From assembly GCF_008831285.2 (NCBI RefSeq), contig NC_045138.2, positions 36,828,001 to 36,892,000 of the forward strand: 64,000 nucleotides of DNA. Reading direction: 5' to 3'. Position numbers and translations under genes: made by a program. The stretch is from Nymphaea colorata (lineage: Eukaryota). Below the pieces are notes generated by a model, which saw only the letters and a list, made by a program, of their open reading frames with translations, was not told the origin of the DNA and ran no database searches. Positions 12,601 through 25,339 of the stretch are shown piece after piece. How positions within the stretch are numbered: the first letter of the stretch is position 1; each line of letters begins with the position of its first letter.

Positions 12601-15600
12601 GATTGTCCGAGGTTTCATGATAGAGGTATACCTCTTGGGATTGCTGGTATCTGAAGCTCTGAATACCCAATTAGCATAGCTATTTAGTGCACCAAAAAAT
12701 GTTTGTTAGTTTGGAAAATGGAAGGTTCCCCTAGCTTCATGTTTAAATTATTCATGATCAGGTTAGATGCTTGTCAATCATCTAGTTAATTTTCAGGTTT
12801 TTCCTCCTAGGTGAACTCTTTGAGATTGTGGATTTTCAAGCAATAGCTAAACCATAGCTCCTTCGTGCACCAAAGAAATGATTTTGTTTCGGAAATCAAA
12901 TTCACCTATTCATATGCTTGGAGAATGCATATACAGGTTTATGTTTGTAACTGATTTACTTTATTTTCGTTTGGCCCTTACTATTGTTTATGTTCTGAGT
13001 CATGATTTTTTTGGGATTTTATATAGCCTACCTCATTCCATTGCATATTTAATTTTTTGGAATGGAAAGTGAATTGTGAAACTATTTTTTCCATATAATT
13101 TATTACTTTGTCTTGTGAATTTGTAGTTTGCATTGCATTATTCATGGTCTAATGAGGCGCGTGCACGACGGGCCTTGGAAAATGTGGCTGCGTTACTTCG
13201 CCCCGGAGGTGTATTTATAGGAACTATGCCAGATGCAAATGTCATAATAAAAAAACTCCGAGAAGGTACTATTTTTATTTGTAGTTTAGTCATGCTTAAC
13301 AGAATCTTTCATCGAAGGATAGGTTCATGAGATGGGGCCTGAGGAAATGTAGAAGTTAATCACAAGTGATTCAGAACTAATTGCCAATGTATTTATTTGT
13401 GCAGCTGAGGGGCTAACATTTGGAAATAGTGTATATTGGATTACTTTTGATGATATCTATGCAAAAAAGGTTTGAGATAAATTCACTGTTATGATATACT
13501 AATCAGTTCGTACTTGAGTTCTTCCATGACCTTAATTGCTTATGTGCTGCTTTGTGTAGAAATTCAGGTCCTCAAGTCCTTTTGGCGTCAAGTACCAATT
13601 CCATTTAGAGGTATTTGAGGAGGAAATCATTTTCTTCATTCCTAAACCCATTGATGCATATTTAATTATTATTTCACATGCTTTCTTTTCTGAAAGAAAG
13701 TCTCCGATGCATCGAGGCATGTTACTTCTAATAAATGTTTAAACCTGTATGTCCTACAAACTTAGGACTGTATCTTACTATTGTTTTTTCTATGACATAT
13801 TTTGATCTGTGATGCTATTAAAATATAGATCAGGACTGCATCAAAATGGTGATATGTTTAACTCATTACTGCCCCAACTTACGAAACTTTTATGTTTTCA
13901 CATGTTAAAATAACTTCATGAGCTGATTTTGTTATTATAGAACTCAGAATACACACACACACACAAACTTGTATGTATGTATCTATCTGTGTAGTGTACG
14001 TAGGTTATGCAGCAGAGCTTATCCACTATTCAACTTGTTTCTTTCAGAAATATTAGGTGAGAATCTGATAATGGATGATGTAGGGGTGATACCAGAGGCA
14101 TTATGTAAATTGTAAAGTGAGCGAGCGAGCTTATTTTTGTTGGAGGTGGTACAGGTGACGAAATGCTTAGATTTAGTGTTAGGTCCAAAGCAGAGAAATT
14201 GAAGATTGATGCCTGATGAAGAAGGTCGGATGATGCTGATGCTGATGCATGATGTTATACTTTAAGTAACATACACTGTGTCGTGAAGGCACGAGTTGTA
14301 AAGTCAAATTTCAATTTATTTGGAACGGTCTCATGGATTTTGATGGGAAGATTGTAAAGTTCTGGAAGCAGTGAGGTTCCAATTCTATAATCACATTATA
14401 GATAAGAGTCCTGGTTAGTTTTAATCACCAGCAATCTGGAATACTGCCATATTCTGTTAGATGGAGGCATTGTCTTCCAGTGGTCATTTGTCATTCATTA
14501 GTAATTTAAAGAGATGCTGCCTGAGTAATGAGGACAAGCTTCATGTCAGATGAAAATTGTTGGTAATATCATAATAGTTTGTCATAGATATCTTAACTAT
14601 TAGCATTACTTTTAAGGAGTTTGATTTCCAAAAGCGAAAAAGTTTGATGGTTTGACAATTTTGTTCCTTTTGATTTCTGGGAGTTACTTCCAGGATGTAG
14701 TTCTCGAAGGATTATGGTCAAATCGGTTTTCTTGTCCTTTTTTTTAAGAAAAATTGCTTGATAGGGTCTCTACGTCACTAACTGGATGCAATATTTCTAC
14801 AGGATGCTGTTGATTGTCCAGAATGGATTGTTCCCTTCCACATTTTCAAGTCTTTAGCAGAAGAGGTCTGCTTCATCTATTTTTAGCTTGTACCTTTGGT
14901 TCTGCATAATGAATTACCTCATGATTCTCACTTGCTTTTATTGAGTTATTTTGCTCATAGATCAACTTATATTGGGTATGCTGTTGCTGTTACAAATACA
15001 AGGCACTCTTTTTACGTCTTTCTTTTACTGTTTATGCTGCTTCAGGCAAAAGATACCGTTCCATGATAGATAACATTTAGGTACCGGTGGATGGCTCACT
15101 AAGAAAAATGGTTTTGTGAAAACTAGTTTTTTCAAAAATTGTTTTCTTAACCAGTTTTAAAAAAAAACTGGTTTGTGTGTTTGGATAATAGAACCAAAGC
15201 ACATTTTTTTGTGAACAACCTGGGGGTGCCAGGTCATTCACTCCCTTCTGAAAAATGGTTTTTGCCAAAATTGAGTTTTTGCAAAACTCATTTTGCATGT
15301 CATCCAAATGCTCATGAAATGGTTTTTTGGAAGCAAAATCATTTTTTGCCTCCAAAAATGAGTTTCCAGGTGTCATCCAAACACCCTTTTGACCTTTTTT
15401 GTATGTATTTTATTTATTTGCTAATTTAGTTTTCATTTGCAGTATGGTTTTGATATTATCCTGGCAAAGAATTCCCATGAGTTCGTCCATGAGTACTTGA
15501 AAAAACCTGAATTTGCAGAACTCATGCAGAGACTGGGAGCTTTAGGTGATGGATCCGATGATCAAAGTGAGTTAATATTAGCCTATCTGACTTTCTTTTC

Positions 15601-16591
15601 TTCTGAAACTGGACTCATTTTGTGATGGCCTGTGGTTGCATCTCCACTTTTGTGACCTGCAGGTACATTATCGGCTGACGAATGGGAAGTGGCGTATTTA
15701 TATCTTGCATTCGTGTTGAGAAAGGTAATTCCTTTGAAGGTTGATTGGGTTTTCAGACAAGCCATTTAACCTTGAAAGATGATATGTATAGCAGAAGCTC
15801 AACTTTCAAAAAACTGAAAATATGGTTCAGACACGTGTTCATGCTACTTGAGGACTATGATGACCGTCCTGTAGAAAATGGGTCCGACCTCCCTCTGTTG
15901 CGTCAGATTTCAGTGGAAAACGGTTGTGTGTTTGCCAAAAATAGTGTACAACTGTATACCAATAGAGTTCCACTTTTTGCAGAAAAGCGTTTCTTTCTGT
16001 GAGAAAAGTAGCCATGGATATTTGATAAATGTCTTTTCCCATGTATTTCCACATAAATAGAGCAGGTTGCCTTGCAGCACATAAATTTCTCCTTACCAAC
16101 TTTGTCATGGGCTTTTGTCGGTTGTGCTGGTATAGCACATGCAATTAGTGTGCTGAAAATCTTCTCAGTTGTGTCGACCTTGTTAAAGCGTGATAATATG
16201 ATACTTGTACTGGTGATGGTGGATTTGGTACTTGGGTTGCTCGTAGAAACTAGGCTTGTTAAAAGCGTGAGAGGTTCATTGTTTGTTGATGGATCTGTAG
16301 GTTGCTTGAGATTAAAAACCTTTTCCTGCTCGATTTGAAAGTGGAATGGCTTCTTTTTTGGCATATAAAAACTGAAATATACTCCCTCTTTGCCTGCAAT
16401 CTAGCTATTGTACTCTTCGTTGTTCAATTTGCAGTTATTTGATGCCTTGAAGGATTCTGTAAATCTGAGCTTGTTTGCCTTGTTTGTCTCAGCGTGGGAA
16501 GCCGGATATGCAGCCAAAGACTAACCGAAGAAACAAGGTTCGCACGCAGATCTCAAAGGATGATATATTGTATGTTGGCGGGGGATCCTGA
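9638..16591 (+). CDS. mRNA cap guanine-N7 methyltransferase 1 (RNMT/Abd1 family), 374 aa
   Basis: 13 exons, all GT-AG, total 1125 nt: 9638-9716, 9894-10036, 10119-10187, 10794-10865, 11289-11390, 12065-12121, 13127-13265, 13405-13469, 13560-13610, 14803-14865, 15443-15566, 15663-15724, 16493-16591. Motifs: SPIIHLKKLNNWIKS, SAM-binding VLDLACGKGGDLIKW, FDICSCQFALHY, LRPGGVFIGTMPD, AVDCPEWIV. Confidence 0.95.
15080..15386. mobile_element. Degenerate Tourist-like MITE in intron 10 of the cap methyltransferase
   Basis: Right end GTCATCCAAACACCC resembles a GGGTGTTTGG-type TIR. Interior has repeated AAAATGGTTTT / AAAAC-GTTTT self-complementary tracts. Left TIR is weak and the TSD is not clean. 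Confidence 0.4.
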
Positions 16592-16757
16592 ATGAAGGAC
16601 TGCTTGTTCTGTAAAAGTTTCCTGAACGGACCCTCATCTGGTTGGCCAAAATCTAACCTCATGGTTGGCCAGTTGCGCAAACTACTAACAGTCTTTGTCG
16701 GCCTTAAAAAGGTGACGACACGGCAGAGTTGTACGTCAAGTTATTTACCTTCATGTA

Positions 16758-16808
16758 TCGGCGGCTGGAAATAGATGGTCGTCGGCGGCTGGAAATAGAT
16801 GGTCGTCG
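16758..16808. repeat. 24-bp perfect tandem duplication in probable 3' UTR
   Basis: TCGGCGGCTGGAAATAGATGGTCG x2, plus TCG. Confidence 0.92.
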
Positions 16809-16949
16809 CAGCACTAAATGGTGCTTGAGATGCTTTTGGGGCTGTGTAAATGACAGTTTTGAACATATGATCTCTTGAAAATGCTTACAAAAGCGTACCT
16901 AATAAAAAAAGGAAAAATTCTTGGACGCAGCGTGAAAACACGTACACCC

Positions 16950-16991
<42 letters not shown>

Positions 16992-17924
16992 ATAGCTGGT
17001 TAGACATGTAGCTTGTGGATAGTTGATTTTCATGGGCATTATCCTTATGTTGAAAGCATAAAAGGCTAAGGGTGGAGTTTTGCAGGCTTTCAGGACGGCT
17101 CGGATTGTGCTGACATGGCTTTATCTTTGTCTCCCACTATCCTTCATTGTTAGAAAATTGACCTATGTTTTCCAAATTAAGCTGAGTAAGAAAAGTTAAG
17201 TTGCAAGATTTCAAGTCTCGTGTCAGTTTGCATCGGTCAAGGGCCGCCACGAACTAGTGAAGAATCGGCAAGTGTTGTTCTGAGTTGCTTGACTGTGCTA
17301 TTTTTGCAAAGCTGTTATTATTTCGAATCAACGCTTGTTTGGTCAGACTAGTTAGTTAGTGTCAGTGTCTGGTAAGTTGTTAAACGACTAATTTCTTATT
17401 AAAAAAACATGTGTATTTTTTAATAACTGTACTTGTTATTGTATTTATTTTTATGCAGATATATATATTTATTTGTTTATTGCCAGTAGTTTGTATGAAT
17501 CTTTCTAAGGTCGAAATGACCTTTGTATCCCTGGATTTCCGTCTTGAAAATTTGGTGAACCTACTGCTGGATAAGTTGAATTCATCAGTATGTATAGACC
17601 TTGCCGAAATTCCCTCACTGTGCGAGTCGAGCCAGCTTTCATTTTTGTCGGTCCAAGCCTGAAACCGACTCATGGCGTCCAGAGCTGGTCCGTTCGAGTC
17701 GGTGTGTTGGCCGCCCTACAAGGCTACAACCCCCGGTACCGCTAGTGCTTCAAACCTTTGGGAGGGGGACAACGGTCGACCCTCTCTCACCCGCTTTGCA
17801 TTCAAATCTACACCAGGGAGAGGGAGGGAGATGAAACTTTCCGTCTTCTCTTCCTTTTCGTACCACTACTGTACCTAAAACGCCAGAGAGACAGAGAGAG
17901 CAGCAGCAACAGCCATCACCCACC

Positions 17925-20900
17925 ATGCCGAGGAAAAATTCCAGAACCGGAGAAGGTGCCAGTTCCAGTCACCCGCCCAACGAGGACGGCGAGGACGCTA
18001 CCTACCTCGCCGGTTTTGTGACTGCCAACATAGTCGGCCTCCAGTACTACTCCGGCCGCATCTCCGGTCGGGAGATGGTGTGCCTCGTGCGGGAGCCGTC
18101 CAACCCCTACGACCATAACGCCATCAAAGTACTGAATACTCGCTCTCAGCAGGTTGGGCATATTGAGCGCTCCGTCGCCGCGGTCCTCTCGCCGCTCATC
18201 GACGCCACGCTGATCTCCATTGTCGGAATCGTGCCCCAAAACCCTAATCCTAGAAACTCAAAAAACCCCAAGTGGAAGAGCCCCTTTAGGGTCCCGTGCC
18301 AGGTACACATCTTCACCCTGCCGGAGTCCGTTAACGATGCTCTCTCCTGCCTCGCGGAGGGAGGCCTCAGCGTCGTCTCCCACGCTGACCCTGCGTTTTC
18401 TCTCTCTGAATCTGCCAGCGTCCGGGAGAAAAACCCTAAAGAGGGGGTTGGGACCAACGACGATATTTTCGCTTCCGTTGGAGCGGCGGAGAGGAAGGAA
18501 AGGCTTTTGGAGCCATCGGAGGCGATCGTATCTCCTCTCTTCCTGCACCAGAAGTTAGGCTTAGGGTGGCTAGTTCACAGGGAGAACTCGTTGGAATTAC
18601 CACCTTTCTGGGAGGAGATTGATGGTGGTAAGGGAAAAGGGGTGGTTTTCAGAAACGTGTTGACATGTTACCGAACCGATGAGAGGCCAGAACCACTTCG
18701 AGGAGGGATTCTTGCTGATGATATGGGATTGGGAAAGACACTGATGTTGATCTCGTTGATCGCCACGAACAGACCTGGGGCAGCAGTTTGCCCGAGCTTG
18801 GTTGATTTCAATGATCTAGAGCCTGAGCTAAATGAGACGAAGGATGTGGCTGGTGAACAAAGTGGAAAAGTGATCAAGAAAAGTGCTACTTTGGGAAGGA
18901 AACGGAAATCTCGAAGCGGGATTGATAGGGGGGATGGTGGGGATTTGGAGCGGAAGAGTAAGAAAAGCACCGCTTCGAGAAGGAAGAGAAAATTGGACGA
19001 TCAAGTTCCCGGAGCGCGAGGCCATGATTTAAATAAGCAAGTTGGTGCACCGAAATTTCCACTGACTGTGTATGAGTCACCGAGCATTGTTGGACCAAAG
19101 AGCACTCTGGTGGTATGTCCTCAAACAGTTATTTCTTCGTGGATAACACAGTTAGAAGAGCATACTAGGCCTGGCAGTTTGAAGGTTTATTTGTATCATG
19201 GAATAAGAACTAAGGCAGCTGAAGAACTGAGGAAATTCGACGTCGTGTTCACGTCTTATAGTATTTTGGCTACAGAGTTTGATGATCCAAGCTCCCCTAT
19301 AAAACAGATGGAGTGGCTGCGTGTAATTTTGGACGAGGCACATCTCGTAAAGAATGTGAATGCGAAGCAAACGAAGGCAGTGATTGCTTTGAATTCTAAG
19401 AGAAGATGGGCAGTCACAGGTACACCGATCCAGAATAGTTCTTTTGATTTGTTTGCGTTCATGGCGTTTCTAAGGTTTCAGCCCTTTTCAATCAAGAGCT
19501 ACTGGAAAAGCCTTATACAAAACTCGCTGGTTCAGGGGAACAAGAGTGGTCTCATGCGCCTGCAGGTACTTCCGGATTATTATCTTCATTATGTGTCACG
19601 TATTTATGGTGCCTTTTAATGTAGGACTTCTCTTTCAGTCTGGAAAATCAGTCTAAACAATATTGTTTTCAAGTTAAGTGGCTTTTTTGCTGATTCTTCT
19701 TGGCTTTTACTTTTTGAAATCCCGTTGACATGGGTTGCTTAACTACATATGAAATGGAAGCGGCAGGTCGAGTTAACTGATTCTAATGTTATTGATGCAA
19801 GCTACTTGGCAAGAATGTTACTTAAAGCCATAACTTGATATTTTAGTCGTCTACCCTGAGTGATGAGCTCACTCATTTTCTACTGTTCAATTTGGGTTGC
19901 TTTTGCTGGCCTTATACATGTCACTGGGTCTATATTTGTTTTAGGTCATTTTGATTTTTTGATTGGTGGGAATACTCGGTGTTTCCTTCTATTACATAAT
20001 TGGTCATTAGTGCGTACAAAAGTTAGCCTTGGATTTTGTTCTTTCCCTTGGATTTTGACAAACACTTTGTTGTAGGCCTTGATGGGAACTATTACTTTGC
20101 GGAGGACAAAGAACTTGATTAGTTTGCCACCTAAAATGGTGGAAATTTCTTTTGTGGACCTTTCCATGGATGAACGTGAATTGTATGACAAGATGGAGCT
20201 AGACGCAAAAACAATAGTCCAGGAATATATACATCTCAATAGCGTGTTACGCAACTATTCAACTGTTCTTCTTATTCTTCTACGATTACGCCAAATATGT
20301 GATGATGTCGCTTTATGCCCTGGTGACATTGGAAGCTTGTTTCCATCTAAGAACCTTGAAGGTAAGAAGCCAATTAATTCCTTCTTTTCATTAGATTGAT
20401 GGAAGTCCTTCCATGCTGATGCTATGCGGTAGAATGGTTGCTCTGCAGCTTGTAAAATGGTTATCGTTCGTTCCAATAAATTTTGGTCTTGCTCGTTCTT
20501 GGTCTATCCGTGAATAAACAGGAGTATCTGCAACTGCGTTGCACAGGTAATTTGGTGGCCATGCCCCATTGTTCACTGGATGTAGCTTTAGAAAGAGACC
20601 CTCTTTCATGTGCAAATGAGACAGTTCTTTGTTTAAAGGTGAAACAGACGCCTCCTTCGGGGAATGAGCAGTCTGTGGCATAGGCTGTTAAGATATTCAA
20701 AAGCTGGTGCTCTCTTCATAGCCCCATTTTCAAGGGGTAAAAGTTTAAACTGCGGCCAACACAATGCAGAATATGCTTTCCACCTGTGTACCAACACATT
20801 CGTTTTACAATTAAGATTCATATCGTTGATTCCTAGTGATAGCAGGTGGAGCTGCACAATATTGATCGTATGCGTTGTAACCAAACACTTTGGTTGACTT

Positions 20901-22620
20901 GTCGTCTGGAGTCTACAAGAAAATAATAGCTTTGCATAGTCGATTTTGGGTTGCTTAATGAAACATTTTATTTGACTTGTGTTCTTCTGTCTCTCACATA
21001 TAAAATCACGGGTTTCGAAATGGTTTAAAGCTTGCATATTTGAAACCTGTCTTGAATTACAGGTATGTGGTTTGTGTCTGTGGTCAATCATTTAAAGACA
21101 TTGTGGCACATAGTGTCTTGAAAAAATTTAAAAAACCGTGTGCAATAAATGTCAGATACTACTCTATGGCCGTACTTGATGGGGCAATCAAATGAAGAAG
21201 ATTTTTTAGAAATGCCAACAGTACAAGGGGAAGATACTAAAGTACCTGCAACTTTGCTATATGACGTTGTGCCTTTTATCAGGTTGCATTAGTTAGTACC
21301 TCTAAAGCGGAGAAATAAGTTGCGCAGGGATGATACCCCCACTTGCATTGGGTACCTGGTAAAATGCCACTTGAGGATCGTCAACTGACTATTTCTACCC
21401 TTCCTACTATCTGACCATATGTGGTCCATGCTCCATAGACTTTATTTCTAGATCATCATTTTACTGTATATTTTGGGCATGCTTTTATGCTGATAATCTA
21501 CAATTTCATGTCATTAATATTTTAGATTGTGTAGGTTATTTCACATGTATAACTATGTTCACATGCACAATTTTAAGCAGTACTCTGTATATGTGCACCC
21601 AGTTCATCATTTCTGTTGTTCCTAGGTCGTATCCTCTGTATCTTGTCTCTAGCCTTTATCCATATGACATATCTTAACTGGTCTTCTCCTCACCTCATTA
21701 GGCGTGAGGGAGGAAGTTCTGGTGCTGTCAAGTCAACTCAGTGATAAATTTTCTCAGTCTCCTTTGTCCTACTTGGGAAATATGTTGTTATAGTTATTGA
21801 TAGATGTTGCCGTCATGCAGATGTGTCCAACAACCCTCAGCTGCTGGAGAAAATGCTGGCCACCCTTCAGGATGGAGATGACTTCGACTGTCCAGTATGC
21901 CTATCTCCACCAACACAGGTGATCATCACATGCTGCTCCCATATCTTCTGTCGAGCCTGCATCTCTCGAGTCCTCCAAAACCTGAACCCTCGCTGCCCTA
22001 TGTGCCGCCAAACTCTTTCTGAGTCAGATCTCTACTCGGCCCCACCACGTCTTAATGAGGGGAAGTCATCGTTTCCTTCTTCTTGTACTAGTGCTAAAGC
22101 TGGTGCACTGCTGCAGCATCTGATTGCGTTGAGGGGTGAAGACCCTTCAATCAAATCAGTGGTCTTCTCACAATTCCAAAAAATGCTGGTTTTGCTAGAA
22201 GAGCCTCTCAGGAAAGCTGGTTTTGTCACCGTGCGGCTTGATGGTTCAATGAGTGCTAAGAAGAAAGCAGCAGCAATTGCAAGATTTTCTGAAACTGCGC
22301 CTGGAGCTCCGACAGTGATGCTTGCAAGCTTGAAAGTGGCTGGTGCAGGGATAAACTTGACGGCAGCTTCTAGGGTCTATCTGGTGGAGCCATGGTGGAA
22401 CCCAGCAGTTGAAGAGCAGGCGATGGACAGGGTCCATAGAATAGGACAGAAGCAAGAGGTCAGGGTGGTGAGACTTATAGTCAAGGGGAGCATTGAGGAG
22501 AGAATATTGGAGTTGCAGGAGAAAAAAAGGAAGCTGTCAAGGGGTGCTTTTAGAAATGCTGATGGGAAGGAACAAGCACAAATTTGTGTTGATGACATCA
22601 GAACTATCATGAGCCTGTAG
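17925..22620 (+). CDS. HLTF/RAD5-family SNF2 helicase and RING E3 ligase (SMARCA3-like 1), 908 aa
   Basis: Exons 17925-19565, 20076-20361, 21821-22620 (2727 nt, in frame). HIRAN domain (IVGLQYY..LVREPSNPYDHNAIKV..VGHI), Walker A GGILADDMGLGKT, DEAH box, TGTPIQN, C3HC4 RING (CPVC..CSHIFCRAC..CPMC), helicase-C motifs VFSQF, RLDGSM, EPWWNPAVEEQAMDRVHRIGQ. Confidence 0.96.
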
Positions 22621-22772
22621 GGAGATGCTTTTTCATTTCAGAATTTTCTCGTCTGATAGCTGCAACTGCTTGTTGATCATCTGATGAACATGGGTGTTCC
22701 ATTGGTGGAATCTAGGGCATAACGACGAATGAAGTAGCTGGGCTCGGGAATCTGTTCATTTGCTCTTGATGC

Positions 22773-22855
22773 CCATAAGAAGCATAGTATCAAAGGTTAC
22801 AGTGGTTTTAGGGCCATAAGAAGCATAGTTATCAAAGGTTACGGTGGTTTTAGGG
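22773..22855. repeat. 41/42-bp tandem duplication in probable 3' UTR
   Basis: CCATAAGAAGCATAGT(T)ATCAAAGGTTAC(A/G)GTGGTTTTAGGG x2. Confidence 0.92.
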
Positions 22856-23474
22856 GAGACTGGTAAAGCCGATAGCTGTCCATGACTCCATTCTGCAACT
22901 ATGTTGGGAGACTCATAAAGCGGACAGCCGTCTGTTCTGCAACAATTTTGCTTTTTAAGTGCTATATGGAGATATGCAGCATTCTTCAGATACCGCATTG
23001 TTTGCTTTGGCGGCTCAAATTTTGTGCAGTTGGCGTCGTAGATCTTAGACAAGTGCTGCTCAGCTTTTTACAGTTTTTGACAAAATTTTGTGTTGTACAG
23101 GCGATTAGTCAGTTGTCATCATTACTCTCTCTCTCTCTCTCTCTTCCTGTTCTCTGATGAACCAATCTACCTCCTCGAAATGTTAGAAAAAATTACAAAA
23201 GGGCACTTATGTTTTGGGCTTATAAAATATTGTTCCTCAATTTTTAAAGGCTAACAAGAAGGCCCTCATCTTTTAACCGATACTCACAAATCACCACCCT
23301 TGTTACGGAAACAGATGGTGAGGTTATTCTTTTTTTATTAAATGACAAGGATACACCAGGTATGAGGAGGTCTAATGCGCTCACGAGAGAAAGAGAGATG
23401 TCGTCTCCTCCCCCAACGAGCCCCTTCTCATCTGATTTTCTGGAAATCATTCCAGCTGGCCCATTCAGCTAGCA

Positions 23475-23571
23475 TCTCTCTCTCTCTCTCCCTCCCTCTC
23501 TCTCTCTCTCCCTCCCTCTCTCTCTCTCTCCCTCCCTCCCCCCCCTCTCTCTCTCTCTCTCCCTCCCTCCC
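23475..23571. repeat. Compound (CT)n/(CCCT)n polypyrimidine microsatellite
   Basis: About 97 nt containing only C and T. Confidence 0.95.
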
Positions 23572-24312
23572 TGGTTTTACAGAAGCGAAGGTCCAGGCTG
23601 CTGTTTGTTGGAAGCATCCATGCCTCCAATGGGTAGAGAATAAGCACTGATGGGGAAATATTTGAACCTAAAAATATGGCATACTCCCCATCATTCAATC
23701 CAAAATCTTCAAAGATGAATAAAAAAGCACATCAACCCACTGGAATGACTCTACCTTTCCCTTGCTTTCATCAACCTGCATTGCGGGCGTACAATTGTGA
23801 TGCGATCTTTTGTCTGCCTCCGCTTGAGTTGCGGTTGTGCCTCCAGGCACTCGAACTATGCTTTTGACCATTTTTGGCTCTCCCCTGCATCAAATGGCGT
23901 GGACTCAACACCTACGCGCCATCTCTTTAGAAATTGATCAACGTATGCGTCCTTATAAAGCGACGGAAATGGCTGATATCAATCCAACCTCTAGCATAAT
24001 AAAATGGATATCATGAGCTCAGCCTGATGAAGACAACTACTGCTTCATGTGCATACATTTTGCAAAATAAAAAAGCTAGAGGTAAATGAAACTAGAGAAT
24101 TCAAGATCAAATTGAATGAAGGGCATTTCTATAGAACTCATGACACCTTTATAAGAGCTGATGGAAACTATCTTGAGGAATATACCAAATAATGGATTAA
24201 GTGATGAGATGCTGCCATTGTCAGCCTATGAGTGTCATATATAGTTCACGCTCAAGGCATTCTACTTCCACTTAAAACGGCTTAAGATTTCCTTCTTTTT
24301 GTTGCTTCATAG

Positions 24313-24387
24313 GAATTTGGCGGGTAACAACGTGATATGTAGCATACCAGCAACCTTTCTTGCTAATCTGACGCAATTGAGAGATTT
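24313..24387 (+). pseudogene. Orphan leucine-rich-repeat exon (LRR-RLK/RLP gene remnant)
   Basis: 75-nt segment bounded by a pyrimidine-rich ...CATAG acceptor and a GTAAA donor, symmetric phase 2, reading xNLAGNNVICSIPATFLANLTQLRDL. This fits the plant LRR consensus LxLxxNxLxGxIPxxLxxLxxLxxL and the one-LRR-per-exon layout. I found no further LRR or kinase exons. Confidence 0.75.
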
Positions 24388-25339
24388 GTAAACTTACCTT
24401 TTCTTACTGCATTTTTTTTTTTTTGGGATAGAAAGTTCATATAATTTTTTGAATAATGAAGATCAATGAAAATTGTGCATCAACCCGTTCACAGTTGCAA
24501 TTTTTTTTGCTATTGCTATGACAATGTAACCTGTAAGAACACTAGCTAAGTAGACAACCAACAATATTGTTTTTGACCGAATGCACCTGTGGGCATTCCA
24601 ACAAACAAATGAAAGGCATTGTAAAGTTGTGCCTGCCATTATATTTGTTAAATAGTGTTAGTTGCTGCTTTGCCAAAACGATACGGACGTGAGCTTTAAG
24701 TTGAACACAAATCTTGTTCTTAAGAATTCAAGGGAAGCTCCATCTTGGTCTTTAGAAAAAGTGGCGAAATAGAAGTGTTTTCACGTGTAACAAGTTGAAC
24801 CAATAGGTTGGGCACCAAGGAGGGAGAGAGAGAGGGGTGCTACGTGAAACGATGCCTGAGAATTAGATGAGAAATGGGTTGATGGAAGAATATGCATTTG
24901 TAATTTTTTCGAAGTTTTTTTCAGGACTACCTGATTTTACCTGGCAGGTTTTTGAGGCGGGCAGGCACACGTCGACTGGCTTTGCCTGGCCTAGCTCTAA
25001 GTGGGCCGACCATGGTCTAGCTACAAAACACGTGAGCTGACAATGCTTAGTTGTGTCAGCTACGGCTGGCCCATCTGTCAAGACCTTGGAGAAAATGTTG
25101 CTTTCAGTAGTATCAGCAAGTTTATGATATTTCGTGTGTTTGTGACTCAAACATGAATAATTTTCCCTTTATTACAAGGTTGAACCTGTACCTTTGCCTT
25201 TTTATGTCTCTGGAGTGGCATCAAGAGCAGTTACAGACACATAGAGACACAGAAAGATTCGGTAGTCCACTTATGGCTGGGCTGGTGTGTTGGGGCCTGC
25301 GCTTTTGGTTTTCAGTAACTGTTGCTGCAAAATACCAGA

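Noticed and set aside
15903..16364. 153-aa minus-strand ORF in the last intron of the cap methyltransferase
   Set aside because: Low-complexity Ser/Thr/Lys product expected from the reverse of a GT-rich intron; no recognisable domain.
18146..19462. Multiple antisense and alternative-frame ORFs over the helicase exon (similar ones over the glycosyltransferase and MED26 exons)
   Set aside because: Shadow ORFs of GC-rich coding sequence.
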